32,000 bases of DNA from Psychrobacillus sp. FSL K6-4046 (GTDB taxonomy: Bacteria > Bacillota > Bacilli > Bacillales_A > Planococcaceae): the NCBI RefSeq assembly GCF_038624605.1, contig NZ_CP152020.1, forward strand, positions 1,077,312 through 1,109,311, written 5' to 3'. Below the pieces are notes generated by a model. The model saw only the letters and a program-made list of their open reading frames with translations, had not been told where the DNA came from and did no database searches. The stretch's first letter is position 1; every line of letters starts with the position of its first letter. Shown piece after piece: positions 26,647-32,000 of this stretch. Both the position numbers and the translations under genes were made by a program.

Positions 26647-28596
26647 ATGGCTATTCACGATCTTCAATTACGGCAGTTAATGTACGTCCTTTTGAATGAG
26701 AAAGATGGTGTTTTTATGGAAAAATACAAAAATAAGGAGTTCTTGATTCAAAAGTTAAAGGTGGAAAAGTTATCCTATAACCAATTAGCCGTCCAATTGG
26801 GTTGCGGTGTGTCAACTCTTAGATATTGGATAAAGAAGCACGGAATTGAACTAAGAGGAAATTTACAAAAAGAGTTATTAAAGAACAAAAGAAAAATCAC
26901 GGAAATGTACATTCAGCAAAACAAGACATTGAAGGAGATTGGTGAGGCATTTAATTGCTCACAACAAACGGTCCTGAATTTTATTAATGCTGAGGGGATC
27001 TATAAGGACATCAACCGTTGGCAGAGATGGGAGGAAGAAGAAGTCAGGGATTTGATCCGTTTAAGAAATGAAGGCAAAAAACTTGGCGAAATCTATCAAT
27101 TCTTTAAAGGTAAATACAATGAGAACAAAATCTCACACAAATTAAATTCACTGGGATTTTTCAGGGAGGAAGTATGGAGTGAAGATGAAGAACGAATGCT
27201 AAAAGAGTGCGACGGGCTAAGTATGAATGAAATCCTCCCATTATTCCCTCATAAGGATTATAGTCAAATTCTTTATAAAGCCGGTGCATTAAAGGTAGAT
27301 ATCAGATTGATGAACAGACCCTGGTCAGAGAATGAAAGACAGGTTTTGATAAACAATCCAGACAAAACACTCGACGAATTGGCTGCAATGCTGGACAGAA
27401 GCAGTAACGCTATCTGGACGAAAATCAAAGAGGAGAAATTGACATTTAAGAAGAAGGTCGTGATGGCAAGTGATATAATAGACAATAAAATCACATGCCC
27501 TAAATGCGGTGAGTTAAAGGAATATACAGAAGAAAACTTCAACTTGAACATAAACTACTACACTTGCATTAATTGCAGAAACAAAATCACCAACATTACA
27601 AAATATAGGTTAAAATACGGAATTACGCTAGATTTCGAAAAGATGTTTAATACCTTTACAGCCATCGAATGGTATCATATGTATTTGGATGGTCGTATTA
27701 GTAAATTGCCTCAAGAAATATACGACTCACATGTGAAGAGAAATGAAATCATTGTTCACATCATAAAGGAATTGCTAAAAAAGGAAAGCAGAGAAGATAT
27801 CATTGAATTGAATTACAATGACATCCGAAGGTACAAAATCACATATTTTCTTCTTGGAAATAATATATGCGACATTTTAAACGATGTATTTTCAGAATAC
27901 AACTTCAAACATTGGGAATTCCGGTTGGTTCCAGGGGATTTTTGGAGTGAGAAACAACACGCAGATGAATATCTTCGATGGTTTGTTGAAACCAGGTTGA
28001 ATATCAACGAATTAAATATCAACAGGGATATCCCTAAAATTTTTACAGTTTCCTCATTAAGAATAATTGGAGAACATCGTTTGAACCGTTGTTTGCATGA
28101 ATATGATCACTATGGGAGCTACTATGAATGGTTGTCCTATATATTTCCACAGTGGGGTCTTCAACCTGAAAATTTCAAATTAAGTATCTCCTTCGATGGC
28201 GTTGTGTTTGATTCCAATGAAGAATGTTTGATTTATGAATATTTAAAAAGAGAATGTGGGATTTCTATTACTTATGTAGGAAACCAACGATTTTATAAAT
28301 TTTGGAATGAAGAACATAATGAGTCGTATATTCCGGACTTTGTAATCAGTAAAATCAATAATATAAAGCTAGATAAGCCTCTCATAATGGAATATTATGG
28401 ATTGTACAATCCTAATTTAACCGATTCTTTCTTCCAAGATTATTGCGAGAAAACCTGTAGGAAAAATGCCTTTTACAAACAGAACGGGGATATTTACTTC
28501 CTAGATATTTATCCCTATGACTTGGTATCAACTTTCAAAGGAGTCTCCGAAAAACTGAATGCTTTTAACAAACAGGAAATAAATAGGGAAAGATGA
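26647..28596 (+). CDS. multi-domain DNA-binding protein: 2 HTH modules, 3 Myb/SANT-like repeats, zinc ribbon, C-terminal PD-(D/E)xK-like nuclease fold
   Basis: 649 aa from ATG 26647 (no SD) or 626 aa from ATG 26716 (MEKYKNKEF...). HTH modules: SYNQLAVQLGCGVSTLRYWIKKHGI and NKTLKEIGEAFNCSQQTVLNFINAEGI. W-x-x-E-E repeats: WEEEEVRDLIRLR, WSEDEERMLKE, WSENERQVLIN. Zinc ribbon: CPKCG-x22-CINC. C-terminus: FDSNEECLIYEYL ... YIPDFVI ... LIMEYYG (an E / PDF / ExxG arrangement, as in DUF559/TnsA-N-type folds). Confidence 0.7.
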   Translation: MAIHDLQLRQLMYVLLNEKDGVFMEKYKNKEFLIQKLKVEKLSYNQLAVQLGCGVSTLRYWIKKHGIELRGNLQKELLKNKRKITEMYIQQNKTLKEIGEAFNCSQQTVLNFINAEGIYKDINRWQRWEEEEVRDLIRLRNEGKKLGEIYQFFKGKYNENKISHKLNSLGFFREEVWSEDEERMLKECDGLSMNEILPLFPHKDYSQILYKAGALKVDIRLMNRPWSENERQVLINNPDKTLDELAAMLDRSSNAIWTKIKEEKLTFKKKVVMASDIIDNKITCPKCGELKEYTEENFNLNINYYTCINCRNKITNITKYRLKYGITLDFEKMFNTFTAIEWYHMYLDGRISKLPQEIYDSHVKRNEIIVHIIKELLKKESREDIIELNYNDIRRYKITYFLLGNNICDILNDVFSEYNFKHWEFRLVPGDFWSEKQHADEYLRWFVETRLNINELNINRDIPKIFTVSSLRIIGEHRLNRCLHEYDHYGSYYEWLSYIFPQWGLQPENFKLSISFDGVVFDSNEECLIYEYLKRECGISITYVGNQRFYKFWNEEHNESYIPDFVISKINNIKLDKPLIMEYYGLYNPNLTDSFFQDYCEKTCRKNAFYKQNGDIYFLDIYPYDLVSTFKGVSEKLNAFNKQEINRER

Positions 28597-28607
28597 ATTA
28601 AGTGAAT

Positions 28608-28701
28608 CTGGGTATAGACATCGAAATCATCCGGAGAAAAGATATTGAACTAAAAGCTCAGTACGGATTGAGATGTCTCTCGTAACCCAGTGAATTATTT
28701 T
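28608..28701 (+). terminator. long imperfect hairpin plus T-run after the 649-aa gene
   Basis: CTGGGT (28608-13) pairs with ACCCAG (28685-90), AGACATC (28616-22) with GATGTCT (28672-78), and an inner ATCCG with CGGAT. This is followed by TGAATTATTTTT. Confidence 0.45.
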
Positions 28702-29026
28702 TACTAAAGGGATAGTTGAATTTTTTTTCATATTATTCTGCCTTTGTGCTAATGACTCTTGCACGTAAAAGAACTTAGTCACTTATAAATAGAGTTATCA
28801 TTTATGAAAGTCACAGACTTTGTTCACTGATATATATTGTTGTTTCATCCTTCTAGAAAGTGTGGAACTAATTTCTTCTATTATATAGGAATAAAAAAAC
28901 CTAGAAAAACTTTGCCCCCACAACGTTATTTTTTATTCAAACGTAGTCTAAAACGTAGTCAAATATTTCTTGCAGCATCCATACACCCTTATAAACGCTG
29001 GTTTAAAAGCATTTTTAGGAACTAGT

Positions 29027-29045
29027 GGTTCAACTCCCGCCGTCT
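29027..29045 (+). other. partial copy of a tmRNA (ssrA) 3' end; probable att site / island boundary
   Basis: GGTTCAACTCCCGCCGTCT matches the T-loop, 3' T-stem and acceptor strand of Bacillus tmRNA as I recall it (GGGTTCGACTCCCACCGTCTCCACCA in B. subtilis). The upstream half of the T-stem and the terminal CCACCA are absent, so it is a fragment, not a gene. Confidence 0.45.
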
Positions 29046-29214
29046 ATACACAGTCTTATATAAAATATAGAAGATATGAAGATATTAAACATAGGTAAAA
29101 CCCTGTTTAATATCTTTTTTATTATTCTTTTAAGTTAACTGAAAAGTATGGATTGACACAAATCTTTTTATATTGGAAAATTGGTTCATCCAATTTTATT
29201 TAATCTGAATATAA

Positions 29215-30131
29215 GGGGTCTTCCGCCCAGGCACACTAGATAAATGGGGCTTAACGTGGGAAGTAATGAAAGAGGCTAATCCAAAGCTCATCTTACTTCG
29301 TACCTCAGGCTTTGGACAAACCGGACCATACGCCAAAAAAGCAGGATTTGGTACTGTGGTAGAGGCAATGAGTGGCTTCACCTCTATTAATGGGGAGAAG
29401 GGGGGCAACCCTACCTTACCGGCACGGTACTGGCAGACGGTGTTTCCAGTATATTTGGCGCACTTTCCATCATGATTGCGCTATATGGGCAAATAAAGAA
29501 TGGTATATCAGAAGGGCAGCGGATTGATATCAATCATTACGAGCTATTAATGCTCTTACTGGAGCCCCAAATAACCGCATACGATCAATTAAACAAAATT
29601 CCTGTCCCTATCGGAAATAGCAGCCTACAAACAGCTCCACGAAATGCCTATCTAACAAAGGATAATACATGGATCGCCCTACCAGGCTCCTCACAATCTA
29701 TCACCGAAAATATATTCAAAGCAATTGGACGAGAGGACCTAATTACAGATCCAAAGTTCTGTACCAATGAACAACGAGTTCAGTATGTAGCAGAATTAGA
29801 TGGTATTATAGGAGACTGGGTTCGAAAGCACACATTACAAGAGGTAGTTGCACGCTTTGACGAATGTGGTGCTATCGCAGGCCCAATGTATAACATTGCC
29901 CAGCTATTTGAAGACCCTCACTATCAGCATAGAGAATCCTTCATACATGTTCCTGATAAAGACTTTGGAGAAATGCGAATACCAAACGTCGTAGCGAAGT
30001 TTTCTCTTACACCTGGGGAAGTACGCACATTGGGACCCGATAAGGGAGAGCATACGATTCAGATATTGAAGGAGCAGGTGGGGCTGTCTGATGAGAAGAT
30101 AGAGCAGTTGAGGGAGTTGGGTGTGATTTAA
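29215..30131 (+). pseudogene. family III CoA-transferase (CaiB/BaiF-like), 5'-truncated and frameshifted
   Basis: Homology starts abruptly after a stop at 29212-14: GVFRPGTLDKWGLTWEVMKEANPKLILLRTSGFGQTGPYAKKAGFGTVVEAMSGF... About 75-90 N-terminal residues are missing. The frame breaks near 29419-29421: ...GGNPTLP continues in the +1 frame as GTVLADGVSSIFGALSIMIALYG, joining ORFs 29266..29475 and 29472..30131. Confidence 0.8.
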
Positions 30132-30220
30132 TAAAATATTTATTCTAAATATTTTACTGGTTTGAGTATATTCTATAGAATTTAAAGATCCGTCTAAACT
30201 TTAATCTCCTTTTATACGGG

Positions 30221-30265
30221 AAAAACTTCCTATTGAGTACAAACGTACTCAATAGGAAGTTTTTA
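30221..30265. terminator. bidirectional rho-independent terminator
   Basis: A perfect 17-bp stem, AACTTCCTATTGAGTAC (30224-30240) with GTACTCAATAGGAAGTT (30245-30261), and a 4-nt loop. It is flanked by A5 on the left and T4 on the right. Confidence 0.85.
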
Positions 30266-31189
30266 AACTAACATCATAAGACTGCTCTATAAAGTGTTTC
30301 GCCTTCTCTAGGTCTTCATCTTTATTAATCCTTATCTCTAAATCTCAAGTACCGTAATGCCCAATATTAGATACATCACGTGTAAAGCCTGGTTCTAGAG
30401 ATATAGTGGAAGGGTCTACCTTTAGATACAGTAGTATGGTATTGGAATTTAGATGGACTTCAACGCAGGCAAAGTTTTTAATTCGTTTGAAGGCGAAATA
30501 GTTTTTTAACGTCTTCATTTGTACGTCGTCGCCTAAGGCAATCATAGAAGCTTTTAAATTCTCGAAGCGATCTGTGAGTGTTTCATTTGCTTGTGCTACG
30601 TAATCTGAAACAGTTTTGGATGTTTTATTATTAGTTTTGTGTGTAATACCAGCAGGTTCATCATCAATATAGACAGTCTGCACTGTTGTTGCATTCATAG
30701 GTCTAACATTAAGAAACCATAAATATAGTGTTTGTATTGATAAAGCTCGATGTTCCGATGATCTGTTGAACGGCATGTTCATCAAACTTTGTAAAATTAC
30801 CAGCTATACATAATAGGCGTGGGCTGCTCCAATCGATATTTTCTGCTATTGAAGGACCGAATCTTCTTAAGGTCATTAATTCAAATTCTGCCTTAAGGTC
30901 CAGTAGCCAATCTAAATAATAAAGACCTTGGTTAATCACTTTTTCATTCCTAGCTCGTTTATATTCGATAATGACAGGTGAGTTATTTTCATCTAAACCA
31001 AGTGTGTGTGTCGATTCTTCCACCGTGTCGTTTACCTGTAGAATACTCGGAAGCCAAAAACTTTATACCGAGAAATGCTTCTAGATGCTTCTCAATTAAG
31101 TGCTGTAGTGATTTTTCTAAAGCAACCGAATGACCACGCAACTCCCACACATCTTCTCCATTTATTTTAAAAAATTTAATGTCACCCAT
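30249..31189 (-). pseudogene. NucS/DUF91-like endonuclease fused to a DUF5655-like C-domain, decayed
   Basis: The three track ORFs (30989..31189, 30709..31023, 30345..30785) are pieces of one gene: ...GGRID|THTLGLDENNSPVIIEYKR... The first break is at a (GT)5 tract, 31002-31011; one extra AC unit on the coding strand would restore the frame. Around 30720-30780 the plausible sequence RNIELYQYKHYIYGFLMLDL lies in a third frame, so there are at least 3 frameshifts. An in-frame TGA at 30345-47 (GHYGT*DLEIRINKDEDLEKAKHFIEQSYDV) looks like a GGA to TGA change. Confidence 0.7.
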
Positions 31190-31603
31190 TTATATATCCT
31201 CCTAGCTAGGGCTATTTCGTTAATAAAAGTTACTTTAAGTTTTATTATATCTGTTTGTGTAAATAAATTTAAATAAACTTACGTGTAAATCGGAAATAGT
31301 GATTAATACTTACAGGAACTCTCCCAAACATTAAAATGTTACATACTTCAAAAAAACTCTTTTATTAGATCAACCTTCTTTGTGTACCAGCGTAGTGATC
31401 TAGGTTCCTAAGCCATAAGAATAAAAGCAAAATAAAAGTGATTAGCATTTGTTATAAAAAGTTTGCTATTCTATTACCAAAAAACAGGTGGAGCATCTTC
31501 CCTAGAACGACAAGTTATTATAAAATGAGTTTAGTTAGGTATTTGAAATTTGGAAATGTTAGACTTCCACATTGGACTATATACTATAATATAATTTAGT
31601 TTT

Positions 31604-31631
31604 AAAACCCTTGTTGCTCAAGGGTTTTTTC
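31604..31631. terminator. orphan intrinsic terminator
   Basis: AACCCTT (31606-12) pairs with AAGGGTT (31620-26), followed by T6, with A4 on the left. No ORF of 60 aa or more ends near it on either strand. Confidence 0.55.
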
Positions 31632-31769
31632 TATATAAACCAGTGAAGGGGCTACAATTCATCCACTATAATGGAAATTCACCTTATGATATATTGGCTT
31701 TATTTAAATAGTTAATAGTTTATGCACTTGATACTATACATACAAATACATAGGAGAGTAGGTTGGTAA

Positions 31770-32000
31770 ATGAATTTCATGATGAAGGCAGTTATAGAGG
31801 CATCTTATTTAACGGCGCAGTCAGCGGCACAGTACCGAACGATCCTCCGGTATTTTTATTTGCAGCATGAGAAAATGCGGGATTTTATAACACCAGAGGA
31901 AGTGTTGCAGCATTTGTGTACAATTCCGCAGTTTGCTGATTATGAAGAGGAGCAGTTGCATCAGCAGTTGACGCAGCTTGTGAAGTGGAATAACTTAACG
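31770..32000 (+). CDS. N-terminal 77 codons of a DUF2397/TIGR02677-like protein (JetA-like, Wadjet-type system); continues beyond the window
   Basis: Not in the ORF track (no stop in the window). ATG 31770 follows AGGAGAG. Translation: MNFMMKAVIEASYLTAQSAAQYRTILRYFYLQHEKMRDFITPEEVLQHLCTIPQFADYEEEQLHQQLTQLVKWNNLT. The YL(T/N)A..A..YR.IlR.FY.qhe motif is what I recall for DUF2397 N-termini. Confidence 0.5.
   Translation, partial: MNFMMKAVIEASYLTAQSAAQYRTILRYFYLQHEKMRDFITPEEVLQHLCTIPQFADYEEEQLHQQLTQLVKWNNLT

Noticed and set aside
28837-29408. ORFs 28837..29025 + (62 aa, very basic) and 29196..29408 - (70 aa).
   Set aside because: The first has no SD and an odd Lys/Arg/Phe-rich composition, and it runs into the att-like fragment. 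The second is antisense to the recognisable CoA-transferase frame.

Overview
This is a low-GC, Bacillaceae-like accessory region that reads as a mosaic defence island. From left to right it contains:
- a partial hydrolase-like ORF that runs off the left edge;
- an ECF sigma / putative anti-sigma pair;
- a minus-strand Tn554-family-like recombinase module (HTH protein, two tyrosine recombinases, small TnpC/DUF6262-like protein);
- about 4 kb of almost ORF-free DNA (7006-11100) holding a three-copy repeat family, a complete IS3-family (IS150-like) element and a small very acidic ORF;
- a complete type 1 BREX operon (brxA-brxB-brxC-pglX-pglZ-brxL). It is preceded by a small leader ORF and interrupted between pglX and pglZ by an extra AT-rich HEPN-like gene.

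Downstream of brxL lie the least explained parts:
- a stand-alone TIR-domain gene whose coding sequence alone is about 52-60% GC. A 34-codon upstream sORF with a consensus SD overlaps its start codon;
- divergently, a 626-649 aa protein with two HTH modules, three Myb/SANT-like repeats, a zinc ribbon and a PD-(D/E)xK-like C-terminus.

A 19-nt copy of a tmRNA 3' end at 29027-29045 probably marks an att site and island boundary. To its right are two decayed genes: a 5'-truncated, frameshifted CoA-transferase and a multiply frameshifted NucS/DUF91-like gene. A DUF2397 (JetA/Wadjet-like) gene begins at the right edge.

All calls rest on reading the sequence and recalled family motifs. No database search was possible.
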